Shown here: in pieces, positions 39,041 to 48,702 of the stretch
Position numbering within the stretch: position 1 is the first letter of the stretch
Layout of the letters: every line of letters starts with the position of its first letter
Origin: an uncultured Candidatus Saccharibacteria bacterium
GTDB taxonomy: Bacteria > Patescibacteriota > Minisyncoccia > UBA6257 > JACOXY01
Assembly: GCA_964357615.1 (NCBI GenBank)
Contig: CAYHMC010000002.1
Span: 7,481 to 71,480 of the forward strand
Direction of reading: 5' to 3'
Length of the DNA stretch: 64,000 bases
Translations under genes and position numbers: made by a program
Notes under the pieces: generated by a model
What the model was told of the DNA's origin: nothing
What the model saw: the letters and a program-made list of their open reading frames with translations, nothing else
The model's database searches: none

Positions 39041-40510
39041 ATGATTGCTCGTTTAAAAGAACTTCTTTTTCAAAACCGCTCCATCAAGCAAACGATTGCA
39101 AAAAATATTTTCTGGCTATCTATTGGTGAGGTTGCAAGTCGCTTTATACGCGGAATTATTGTAATTTATGCTGCCAGAATTCTTGGAGCAGCAGAATTTG
39201 GTATATTTTCTTATGCTTTAGGTTTAGCTGGGCTTTTTACAATTTTTTCTGATATGGGAATAATCATGGTACTCACCCGAGAACTAACGCAAAGGCCAAA
39301 TGACAGCAAACGATATTTAGCAACAGCATTTGTAATTAAAATATCTTTATTAATATCAACCTCTTTAGCGATAGCGTTTTTGGCACCTCTATTTTCTTTA
39401 AAAACTGCGATTAAGCTTCTTCCAATAATGGCGGCATTAACATTTTTTGATGGCATAAGAGATTTCTCTCTTGGAATTTTTCGCGCTATAGAAAAAATGG
39501 AACTTCAGGCGTTTGTTACTTTTTTCACAAATGTTGCTATTGTAGGGTCTGCATTAATTGCACTTTGGTACTATGGAACGTCAACATCTCTCGCCATAAC
39601 ATATGTCGTTGGCACTGGAGCTGGAGCGCTTGTAGCAATGTTTATTTTAAGAAAAGAATATCTTGCTATATGGCAAAATTTTGATAAAACACTTATCAAG
39701 AAAATTTTAGGTTATTCTTGGCCATTATTTTTTATGGGGATGTTTAGCACTTTTATGTTAAACACAGACAATGTTTTGCTCGGATATTTTAAAGGAGAAG
39801 AATATGTTGGTTTGTATGCGGCAGCACAAAAAATCATTCAAATACTTTATATATTGCCAGCAATTATAGCCATAGCAATATTTCCACCAATTTCAAGACT
39901 AGTAGCTCAAAACGAAAAAGAAAAAATAAGAAGCCTAATAGAAAAAGGCCTCACTATGGTTTTTATGATTGCTATTCCAATTACTTTGGGTGGAATAATT
40001 CTTGCAAAACCGATAACTTTTCTCCTTTATAAAGCGGAATATTTAAGCTCGGTTTCGACTCTTCAGATATTACTTCTTACTGTGCTAATTATATTTCCAG
40101 GAACAATTATAGGTAATTTAGGACTAGCCTATAATAGACAAAAGGATTTTGCTAAATTTATTGGAATTGCCGCACTGGCAAATGCTATAGGTGATGCAAT
40201 TTTAATTCCAATTTTTGGAATGGCTGGTTCTGCAGTAGTTACAGTAACAGCTCAATTTATCTCTAATGGATTCCAGTGGAGATTGCTAAAGAAAATTAAT
40301 AATTTCTATATACTGAGGCACCTTAAAAAAATAGTAGTAAGCTCACTAGCGATGGGAATTATTTGTGTTACTTTAAATTTTCTTGAAATCAATGTAATTG
40401 CGAACATTGGAATTTCGGCTCTAATTTATTTTGCTATACTCTACATAATAAAAGAATCAACTCTTAAAGAGTTGATTGGGATGATGAAGTTTGTACGAGC
40501 CTCGCAATAA
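39041..40510 (+). CDS. Wzx-type polysaccharide flippase
   Basis: About 12-14 TM, ARILGAAEFG, DNVLLG...VGLYAAA. Confidence 0.9.
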   Translation: MIARLKELLFQNRSIKQTIAKNIFWLSIGEVASRFIRGIIVIYAARILGAAEFGIFSYALGLAGLFTIFSDMGIIMVLTRELTQRPNDSKRYLATAFVIKISLLISTSLAIAFLAPLFSLKTAIKLLPIMAALTFFDGIRDFSLGIFRAIEKMELQAFVTFFTNVAIVGSALIALWYYGTSTSLAITYVVGTGAGALVAMFILRKEYLAIWQNFDKTLIKKILGYSWPLFFMGMFSTFMLNTDNVLLGYFKGEEYVGLYAAAQKIIQILYILPAIIAIAIFPPISRLVAQNEKEKIRSLIEKGLTMVFMIAIPITLGGIILAKPITFLLYKAEYLSSVSTLQILLLTVLIIFPGTIIGNLGLAYNRQKDFAKFIGIAALANAIGDAILIPIFGMAGSAVVTVTAQFISNGFQWRLLKKINNFYILRHLKKIVVSSLAMGIICVTLNFLEINVIANIGISALIYFAILYIIKESTLKELIGMMKFVRASQ

Positions 40511-40513
40511 GAC

Positions 40514-41212
40514 CTACCAATGCTCAATTGCTGCTTCCCATCTTTCGATATTGTCGCATGGAAACCAACGATAGTTTTTGGCTTTAAATCCTAAAAGCTT
40601 TCTGGCTTCTGCGAGCTTTGGGAAAATATCTTTCTCAATCATCATAGATTCTTGATCTACCGGGGCGAAATCAAAAACCTCAGGACTCAAAACATAAATC
40701 CCGGAGGATACAAAATCCGATGGGGGATTCTCTGGCTTCTCTAAAAACTCTTTAATATGTGCACCATCCATAAGTGGCACACCGTAAGTTGAAGGGTTAG
40801 CTACCTGAGTAAGTGCAATTGTAGCAACGGGTTGTGATTTGTGAGACTTATGATATTTAATCATTTCTCTAAGGTCAAAATCTTTAAGCTCATCACCATT
40901 TGATAAAATAAAATCTTCTTTGAAGCGTTTTTTTAACAATTTAACACCACCAAAAGTTCCCAAGGGTTTTGCCTCAAGATGTATTTTTATTTTAGGGAGA
41001 ATACCTCTGTATCTCTTCTTCCACCACGAATAATCTTCTTCGTGATCTTTATTTATTATAATTTCTATATCATCAACGCCATTTGCAACAAAAAGCTCAA
41101 TCAAATAATTTAAGATAGGTTTCTTTTTTACGGTGATTAGCGGTTTTGGAATTTCGTGGGTTACTGGTCTAAGCCGAGTTCCAAGACCACCCGCTTGTAT
41201 GATAGCTTTCAT
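40514..41212 (-). CDS. Sugar-phosphate nucleotidyltransferase
   Basis: AGGLGTRLRP...PKPL, LGTFG, NGD, FLEKP. Confidence 0.92.
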   Translation of the reverse strand: MKAIIQAGGLGTRLRPVTHEIPKPLITVKKKPILNYLIELFVANGVDDIEIIINKDHEEDYSWWKKRYRGILPKIKIHLEAKPLGTFGGVKLLKKRFKEDFILSNGDELKDFDLREMIKYHKSHKSQPVATIALTQVANPSTYGVPLMDGAHIKEFLEKPENPPSDFVSSGIYVLSPEVFDFAPVDQESMMIEKDIFPKLAEARKLLGFKAKNYRWFPCDNIERWEAAIEHW

Positions 41213-41306
41213 AATTAAAATCAGCTTAACATAAACCTAAGCCGACATCAAGAATGAACACTATAATCGGTTGATTAATTCACAAAATAATAAGACAATA
41301 ACTATT

Positions 41307-42881
41307 ATGAAGATTTTAAGCCAAAACAACTGGAAGGATGGATATTTAGACTACCATAGAGGGCCTAATGACTTTAGAATAAAAGTGCTAGCAATTAAAA
41401 ATCTTGAAAAAATTGAGGAGTCTTATGTTGTTCGGCCTAGAAGCGCAAAAATGGTATGGAATTATCTTTTAAAATTTGGACCTACTGCGGTTTTCAGAAA
41501 AATTAAATCACGCATAAGCGAGGAAGCAAGAAATGAGAAATATATTTCTTGCGGTATCGGAGAAGTTATTGAGACGCCCGAAACGGACATGCTACTAACT
41601 GGGGAAAAGGTAGTATTTATATTGCCATCTCACCCAGCCATAGTCGAAAGAATTGTTTTGCCTAAATTTTTATTCACCAACGCTCAAAAGGAATTAATGA
41701 AAATTACTCCCCGAAAAATCAAGCACCTTTTTTTAAATAAAAATAATTCTAATGCGTGGTGGAGTGTTTTAAGAGAATGGAGCCTACATTCAACTAGTAG
41801 CCTTGAAAACGAAGTTTCATCAAAATTACTAGAAAATGCCAAACTAGAAATAGAAGGTGGTAACTGGAGTGAAGCAAAGGAATATTTAACATCAGACAAC
41901 AATTTTGTAAGCGAATTCAAACAAGGTACGCAGTCAAAATCTTTAAGAAAAAAAGCTATTCTTTTTGGTCTAGGTAATTACGCAAAAGTTCAGATTATTC
42001 CAAACATTAAAAAATATATTAATCTCATTGGTATTCACGAGATTGACCCAACTCAAATTCCATCTAATTTTAAAGTTTCTCGAATTGATACATCTCCATC
42101 GCCAAGAGAAAATGAAAATTATGATGCGCTTTTTATTGCAGGATACCACCACACGCACACTCCAATAGCAATCGATGCACTTCAAAAAAATAAATATGCT
42201 GTTGCTGAAAAGCCAATCGTTGTTAACAGAGAACAATTAAATAATCTTGTTAAAGCAATGGACAACAAAAAAAGTAAATTTTTTGCAGGCTTTCATAAGC
42301 GCTACTCTCCATTCAACTCACTAGCTTTAGTAGATTTAAATGTAAAAAACGGTGACCCGATAGATTATCATTGCATTGCGTATGAAGTGCCTTATCCAAA
42401 ATATTTTTGGTACAACTGGCCAATCTCGAAGGGTCCAATAACAGCAAATGGATGTCATTGGATTGATCATTTCCTTTATTTAAATAACTGGAGTAAACCA
42501 GCAAAGCTTGAATTATTTTTAGCCAAAAACATGACTACCAATACTACAATTTATTTAGAAAATGGTGCTATTTTTACAATGACTCTAACAGAACAAGGTA
42601 GTAGTTATATAGGAGTACAAGATTATGTAGAACTCCGAATTAAAAATAAAACTGCGAAAATAATTGACGACTCCAAATATATCTCCGAGGGAGGGGAAGG
42701 GGTTATAAGAAAAAAATCAATTAATAAAATGAAAAACTATCGCTTGATGTATGAAAATATCAGCGAAAGAATCGCGAACGACAAAGAAGGCGACTCTCTT
42801 ATATCAGTCAAAACATCAACAGAAGCAATGCTTGATCTGGAAGATATATACGCCAAAAAATTAAATGAACTAGTTAAATAA
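41307..42881 (+). CDS. Gfo/Idh/MocA oxidoreductase with N-terminal extension
   Basis: FGLGNYA, AEKP, GFHKRYSP, NGCHWID. Confidence 0.8.
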   Translation: MKILSQNNWKDGYLDYHRGPNDFRIKVLAIKNLEKIEESYVVRPRSAKMVWNYLLKFGPTAVFRKIKSRISEEARNEKYISCGIGEVIETPETDMLLTGEKVVFILPSHPAIVERIVLPKFLFTNAQKELMKITPRKIKHLFLNKNNSNAWWSVLREWSLHSTSSLENEVSSKLLENAKLEIEGGNWSEAKEYLTSDNNFVSEFKQGTQSKSLRKKAILFGLGNYAKVQIIPNIKKYINLIGIHEIDPTQIPSNFKVSRIDTSPSPRENENYDALFIAGYHHTHTPIAIDALQKNKYAVAEKPIVVNREQLNNLVKAMDNKKSKFFAGFHKRYSPFNSLALVDLNVKNGDPIDYHCIAYEVPYPKYFWYNWPISKGPITANGCHWIDHFLYLNNWSKPAKLELFLAKNMTTNTTIYLENGAIFTMTLTEQGSSYIGVQDYVELRIKNKTAKIIDDSKYISEGGEGVIRKKSINKMKNYRLMYENISERIANDKEGDSLISVKTSTEAMLDLEDIYAKKLNELVK

Positions 42882-44057
42882 CTTAGAATAGCCGGCCAAT
42901 TGTTTATCAAATGCATAATAGTCCCTTATAAGCTTTTTGCCATTAGAACTGATGAAATTTCTTTTGCTTTTATCACGCAAGATACCAAGAACTCCATCAG
43001 CGAAATCGACAGTATTATCAGCCACTAATAAGTGTTCGTTACTTTTAGTTCCCTCTATGCCTTCCATGCCAATAGATGTTGTAACAACAGGAATTCCCAT
43101 GACCATTGATTCCAAGATTTTATTCTGTATACCAGCACCAATTAAAATTGGAGCAACAGATAATGCCGCATCTTTGGCGTAAACTTTTATATCATTAACT
43201 TTCCCAGTAACCTCAATTCCATTCACACCATTAAAAACAGAAATGGAATTTGGTGGCTCAGCTCCAATAACAATTAATTTTACATCGGGGATTTCTTTTT
43301 TTATTAATGGATAAATATCTTTAATAAAATAAAGTATGGCATTTTGATTCTGAAATGACCGTAGATTACCAATAAATATAATTTTATTTGCATCATAATC
43401 TTCTTGATTAAAACTAAGAAGTTCATCCGTTACTCCATTACAGAACACGCTTAACTTATTTTGATCTTCAGAGCCAATCTTTTCCTTTAAAAAATCTCTA
43501 TCGACATTTGAAACCAAAACAATAGCATTAAATTTTTTTATACATTCGATTTCATAATTCAAAACTCTTTTTTCTTCTATTCTATAAATCAAACTCATAA
43601 AACTGAATGCTCCTCTTTTTCTGCTTCTACTATAATTTAAGGAAATGGCATCAGTCATTTCAAGAACTTTATTAATTTTACTTGCATTTTTTACATATGG
43701 AGCCATACGAACAAGATGAACCAATACTCCATCATATTTATTTTTTAAAAGTGCATTCTGAACCAATTTTTTCATTTTTTTTGACCTATAATAACTAACT
43801 TGAAGTGGTCCGCCAAGAAAAAATCCGAAGGCTGTACTTAAGATAGATTTCCATTTAGGCAACAGCACAGTAACAATTTCTGAAAATAAATCCTCAGAAA
43901 CTATATTCTTTTTTTCATAATCACTTTCAATAAAAGAAAAAAGTTCAAGTTCATATCCTTCTTTCTTTAGTTTTTTGCAAATATTATATATACGCAACTT
44001 ATCTCCCCCAATAACTGGATATGGCAGTCGAGATGTCAGAACAAGTATCTTTTTCAT
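42870..44057 (-). CDS. Glycosyltransferase family 4
   Basis: PYPVIGGDKLR, GAGIQNKILESM, PVVTT. Confidence 0.92.
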   Translation of the reverse strand: MKKILVLTSRLPYPVIGGDKLRIYNICKKLKKEGYELELFSFIESDYEKKNIVSEDLFSEIVTVLLPKWKSILSTAFGFFLGGPLQVSYYRSKKMKKLVQNALLKNKYDGVLVHLVRMAPYVKNASKINKVLEMTDAISLNYSRSRKRGAFSFMSLIYRIEEKRVLNYEIECIKKFNAIVLVSNVDRDFLKEKIGSEDQNKLSVFCNGVTDELLSFNQEDYDANKIIFIGNLRSFQNQNAILYFIKDIYPLIKKEIPDVKLIVIGAEPPNSISVFNGVNGIEVTGKVNDIKVYAKDAALSVAPILIGAGIQNKILESMVMGIPVVTTSIGMEGIEGTKSNEHLLVADNTVDFADGVLGILRDKSKRNFISSNGKKLIRDYYAFDKQLAGYSKLFN

Positions 44058-44068
44058 ATAATTCTAAC

Positions 44069-45028
44069 TTATCTTACTATTCCGATTTTTCGCAGTACAT
44101 TTACAATAAATTTAGTTGGATAAAATATCCAATTTACACTTAAAATATAATCTCTAAACCAGCGATATCTTGTCATATAATTCATTGCTCTAATTGCCCA
44201 ATCAAGTTCGGCTGGTATAAAATTTTCCCAATTTTTTTCAAAATTCATATCTAGTTCTATGTCTTCCTTGTTAAAATTTCCCTGTTTTGCTTCGTTGGCT
44301 AACACTACATGCTCTGCTAATTTTGGATCTAAACCAACAATGCGCATTGCTGTTGCATCGAGTGCCACAGGATCACAACTTCCTAAGATTATATTAAGTG
44401 GTCGTGGTCTGCCATTTGTTGGACCCCTACCATCCATTCCAATAATTCCATCCATTATAATAAGTTTCGGTTTTAATAAACCATTTAATTGCACGATTCC
44501 CCTGTCTAGTGAATGATGGATAGCGATTCTATCATGACGAGGAATACATCCCCATTGATTTTTAAGAGACCCAGTAAAATAAGTCAGTGCATGTGTTTTT
44601 AATTTTGGCATAGTTATAAAAACATCAGCATCTAATAAAATCTCAGGCATTGGACCCAGTAAACTATTTCCAATATCACGAAGTGGTGAATTTGAAAGAT
44701 TTACAATTTTCACATTAAGCTTATCTGCTAATTCGTAAATTTTAGTATTTTTAAAAGCAGATTCGGCTGGAGCGCGATATGAATGCGCCTCTACAAGAGT
44801 TATATCATTTGTTTGCCTTTTTAATGCAACACAAAGCGCCTCTATAACTTCTGGCGAGGTATTAGCATTAGCCACCTTTTTTATATCAAATTCACAAAGA
44901 TTAAGTTTAATAACCACCTTTGAGTTTGGCTTTACAAAGATTTGGAAATTGAGACTATTTAGAATATCATCAACTGCTTTTTGAACGCTCTGATTTTTAA
45001 TTGAACGAACTACAACTTTGCTTGACAT
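44069..45028 (-). CDS. DUF362 domain protein
   Basis: VVIKLN, MPKLKTH, GSLKNQWG, DGIIGMDGRGP, DPVALD. Confidence 0.85.
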   Translation of the reverse strand: MSSKVVVRSIKNQSVQKAVDDILNSLNFQIFVKPNSKVVIKLNLCEFDIKKVANANTSPEVIEALCVALKRQTNDITLVEAHSYRAPAESAFKNTKIYELADKLNVKIVNLSNSPLRDIGNSLLGPMPEILLDADVFITMPKLKTHALTYFTGSLKNQWGCIPRHDRIAIHHSLDRGIVQLNGLLKPKLIIMDGIIGMDGRGPTNGRPRPLNIILGSCDPVALDATAMRIVGLDPKLAEHVVLANEAKQGNFNKEDIELDMNFEKNWENFIPAELDWAIRAMNYMTRYRWFRDYILSVNWIFYPTKFIVNVLRKIGIVR

Positions 45029-45076
45029 GATAATTACTATATGATAAAAACTTGTCAGAATCAAGAAATCAAGGCA

Positions 45077-45454
45077 ATGAAAATGAAAAGTACAACTCTG
45101 CTTGGTTTGATGTTTTCGGTTATGATTTTGTCCTTTGGGTGCGCAAAATCAACAACCACTAACTACTTGTGCCCCATTGCACAAAATAGAGATAGTACTT
45201 CTCATGAAACTGAAATCAATCCTGATTTAATGTATGTAAAAGTATGGAGGTGTCAAAACGGAAACTATGTACTTGATGACGAGCAATGCAATATTGGCGT
45301 AAAGTGGGAAGGCAACACTCAAACAATCACTAGACCAACAATTAGATCCGCTTTAAACACTAGGTATGCCGGCAAGGAAATAGTTAAAATAATTAAAAAC
45401 AACTCATGCAGTACATGCAGTAACACATTTGATGTTTATCTAAAATGCAGCTAA
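45077..45454 (+). CDS. Putative lipoprotein, Cys-rich
   Basis: Signal peptide with LSFG-C lipobox; terminator 45469-45495. Confidence 0.65.
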   Translation: MKMKSTTLLGLMFSVMILSFGCAKSTTTNYLCPIAQNRDSTSHETEINPDLMYVKVWRCQNGNYVLDDEQCNIGVKWEGNTQTITRPTIRSALNTRYAGKEIVKIIKNNSCSTCSNTFDVYLKCS

Positions 45455-45561
45455 GTCTTTAAAATATCACCACCATAATACGGTGGTTATTTTTATACTT
45501 GACATAGTTTTTTAATCATTGTACTTTTACAAAAGTAAATGAATCACTTGGGAACCATACA

Positions 45562-45825
45562 ATGGCATCGCCAACAACTGCATTCTTTTTATACTTATTT
45601 GGAGTATTTTTGATGGGATATACCTTAAGCTACTTAAGAAATCTAGGAATGGTGAAGTGGTTAGGAAGCAATGACTGTGAGTGTGGGGTATTTCATCCCG
45701 GCAACCCGGAGGACAATATATTTACCGGTGCAGTTTTTTGGCCAATGACTTTACCTTGTTATTTAATTATAGGCCTAGTACATTGTACATTCATCAAGAT
45801 AGCGAGAGCGTACTCGCCAATCTGA
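45562..45825 (+). CDS. Small 2-TM hypothetical protein
   Basis: Promoter TTGACA-17-TACTTT (45499-45527), FWP motif, terminator 45853-45880. Confidence 0.65.
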   Translation: MASPTTAFFLYLFGVFLMGYTLSYLRNLGMVKWLGSNDCECGVFHPGNPEDNIFTGAVFWPMTLPCYLIIGLVHCTFIKIARAYSPI

Positions 45826-45895
45826 ATGATGAGAAGTTTTAACCAATTTTGCATTCGCTCTTATTAGGGCGAATTTTTATTATAACTTATAACTA

Positions 45896-47683
45896 TTAAC
45901 GCACTACAACACAATTTCCCAAAACCAATACATCCATTTTTGTTCTAAGAAAACAATCAATGGCTTCTTGTGGTTTATTCACAATCGGTTCATTTTCATT
46001 AAAAGAAGTATTAAGTAGCATAGGCACGCCAGTTATTTCTCTAAAAGCATTAATTAAATTCCAATAAACTGGGTTTTCTTTTTTAGATACCGTTTGCAAA
46101 CGCCCAGTCCCATCGTTGTGAGTAACGGCGGGAATTTTTAATCTCATATCTTCTTTTATCTCGTAAACTTTTTCCATAAATGGCACCGGATAAGTTTGAG
46201 CAAAATATTCTCCAACATATTCTTCTAAAATTGATGGAGCAAATGGCCTAAAAGATTCTCGTTTTTTAATTTTTAAATTTAAAATATCTTTCATATCTGC
46301 GCGAGCAGGATTTGCCAAAATACTTCTATTACCTAATGCTCTGGGCCCCCATTCAGTTCTACCTTGAAACCAACCTACAACATTACCATCTGCCAAATAC
46401 TGGGCAGTTTCTCTATATAATTCATCTTCAGATAAAACCTTATACGCCAAATTGTTTTCTTTCAGCGCAAATTCAATTTCACCTAAATGATACTCCGGAC
46501 CCCAGTATGAATGCGACATAACAAAAGGCTCTCCTGGTTTTCTAATGCTATTTCTATGCTCCACATCTACTCCATCAACATTTATAAAGCGCCTACTATT
46601 ATTTAAAATTTGATACCAAACATAATAAGCTGCACCCAACGCTCCACCTGCATCATATCCTGCTGGCTGGATAAATACTTCCTTGAAAGAGGTATGCGTA
46701 AATATTTTTCCATTAGCCAAACTATTTTGAGCAGTTCCCCCGGCAAAGCAAATATTTTTACTTTCTGTTTCTTTTTGTAGTTTATTTAAAATGCCTAAAA
46801 AAACTTCTTCATATAGCGCCTGCGCGGATGCGGCAATGTTTTTATGTTTTTCCGTAAGTTCTTCATTTTCTTTTCTTGCTGGCCCCAGCAAAACTTCAAG
46901 CTCACTTGAATACAATGGGCTAAGGTCAGGATTTCCGCCCTCCCACGACATCTGAACCTCTCCCTTACTATGCAGAAAATAATCCAAGTTAAGCTTAAAA
47001 AATCCACTAGAATCTATAGTCACAATTTCTTTCATCTCTTTTAAATATTCTGGTTTTCCAAATGCGGCAAGACCCATAATTTTATATTCATCTCCAAATC
47101 TCCAAAAACCCAAATATTGTGTAATGGCTGTATAAAAAAATCCAATTGAATGCGGGTAGTTTAAGCTTCCGGTTACTTCAATTTTATTATCCAATCCCTT
47201 ACCCCACATTGCACTTGTAAAATCTCCCATGCCATCCAAAGACAAAACTGCAGAATCTTTAAAGGGTGAAACAAAAAAAGCACTAGAGAGGTGTGCTCTG
47301 TGGTGCTCTACATTATAAAAGATAGCTTTAATTTCTGATGCACGAACACTTAGCGAATTTGCCAATTCTTCTTTTATTCCGGAAAGCTTTCTTTTATTTA
47401 CAAATCTATTCCAAATATAACTTAGGCTTGGTCTGGTTTTTAATATAAACCAAATTTTTTTCCAGTAATTTGCTTTTGGGTCTCGCGAGACAGCAATATG
47501 GTCAATGTCTTGGATTCTAATTCCGGCATATCCGAGACAAAATTTTATTGACTCACTTGGAAATCCAGCCCAATGTTTTATGCGTCTAATACGCTCTTCT
47601 TCTACGGCCGCAATTAATTTACCGTCTTTTATGAGACAGGCCGCTGAATCTGCATGATATGCATTTATACCAAGAATATACAT
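45896..47683 (-). CDS. Carbamoyltransferase (NodU/CmcH/TobZ family)
   Basis: MYILGINAYHADSAA, EHHRAH, EYKIMGLA, EWGPRALGNRSIL, LLNTSFN; true start 47683. Confidence 0.95.
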   Translation of the reverse strand: MYILGINAYHADSAACLIKDGKLIAAVEEERIRRIKHWAGFPSESIKFCLGYAGIRIQDIDHIAVSRDPKANYWKKIWFILKTRPSLSYIWNRFVNKRKLSGIKEELANSLSVRASEIKAIFYNVEHHRAHLSSAFFVSPFKDSAVLSLDGMGDFTSAMWGKGLDNKIEVTGSLNYPHSIGFFYTAITQYLGFWRFGDEYKIMGLAAFGKPEYLKEMKEIVTIDSSGFFKLNLDYFLHSKGEVQMSWEGGNPDLSPLYSSELEVLLGPARKENEELTEKHKNIAASAQALYEEVFLGILNKLQKETESKNICFAGGTAQNSLANGKIFTHTSFKEVFIQPAGYDAGGALGAAYYVWYQILNNSRRFINVDGVDVEHRNSIRKPGEPFVMSHSYWGPEYHLGEIEFALKENNLAYKVLSEDELYRETAQYLADGNVVGWFQGRTEWGPRALGNRSILANPARADMKDILNLKIKKRESFRPFAPSILEEYVGEYFAQTYPVPFMEKVYEIKEDMRLKIPAVTHNDGTGRLQTVSKKENPVYWNLINAFREITGVPMLLNTSFNENEPIVNKPQEAIDCFLRTKMDVLVLGNCVVVR

Positions 47684-47806
47684 CCCGTTAGAAATAGTAC
47701 GCAGACGCTTGTTGCGTTCTGTGTACAATATTATTTTTTAATAAATTGTGGTTTTCAAACATATATTATATTTTATAATGCGTTCGCGATTTCTAACGGG
47801 ATACAT
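47678..47806. mobile_element. 117-bp MITE with 12-bp TIRs and 6-bp target duplication
   Basis: ATACAT (47678-83) CCCGTTAGAAAT...ATTTCTAACGGG (47684-47800) ATACAT (47801-06). Confidence 0.88.
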
Positions 47807-47821
47807 GGGTTTATTATATTA

Positions 47822-48685
47822 TTATATTTTACTTTTGGTTAATTTTTTAATTCTTAATTCATATATTTTTGCATCAACTAAAAATCTATACCAAAATCCC
47901 TGCAAAAAATGCCATATAAGGCCTGGAATTCCATCTAAGACACCCAATCTAATTATATAACGATATTTCCAATATAAAAGCGCCCTAAAAAACGGTGGGA
48001 GCCTATAGTATAAATTATCTTTATACCATCTACGACGCTCTGGATCACTACCTTCACGATTTGCTGTTATTTCATTATTAGATTTTTCTAAAACTGAAGT
48101 AGCCTCTCTTTCTGCATACTTATTGTGCTTTTCTATCCAAATAGATAAATTTTTTCTATCGTGCTCTTCAAAATCATTTTCTAAATTTATGGTTTTTCCT
48201 TTTTTTAATATTACATGCTCATCCATAGCTCTATCTTCATATCTACCAGAATCTTTTCTCCATAAACGCAAAAACCAAGCTGGATAATAACCGCCATGCC
48301 TTATCCAGCGATTCATAAAATAAACCCTGCGCTTCATGTAGAATCCTGCGATATTCTCTTCTTTGAGTTTAGCTTCTGATTTAAAATGCTCCGCGATTTC
48401 TTTCCAAGTTTCCGGCAACATAATTTCATCAGAGTCCAATCTTAATATCCACTCATTATTAATTTGAACATTATCAAGCGCCCAATTAAATTGCTCAGCT
48501 TGATTTACAAACTTACGCTCAAAATAACGACACTCATACTTTTTTGCAATATCTATTGTTTTATCTGTACTAAAAGAATCAATAATAATAATTTCTTCTA
48601 CCCAATCAGAAATACTCAAAAGACTTTCGGCGATATTTAACTCTTCATTGTAGGTTAAAATAATTGCAGTAATTGGAAGTTTCAT
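47822..48685 (-). CDS. Glycosyltransferase family 2
   Basis: ILTYNEE, IDSFSTD, WILRLDSDE. Confidence 0.93.
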   Translation of the reverse strand: MKLPITAIILTYNEELNIAESLLSISDWVEEIIIIDSFSTDKTIDIAKKYECRYFERKFVNQAEQFNWALDNVQINNEWILRLDSDEIMLPETWKEIAEHFKSEAKLKEENIAGFYMKRRVYFMNRWIRHGGYYPAWFLRLWRKDSGRYEDRAMDEHVILKKGKTINLENDFEEHDRKNLSIWIEKHNKYAEREATSVLEKSNNEITANREGSDPERRRWYKDNLYYRLPPFFRALLYWKYRYIIRLGVLDGIPGLIWHFLQGFWYRFLVDAKIYELRIKKLTKSKI

Positions 48686-48702
48686 ACTATAAATATATTA
48701 TC

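Noticed and set aside
47684-47728. N-terminal extension MYTERNKRLRTISNG of the carbamoyltransferase
   Set aside because: Encoded by the MITE; the family start is MYILG at 47683
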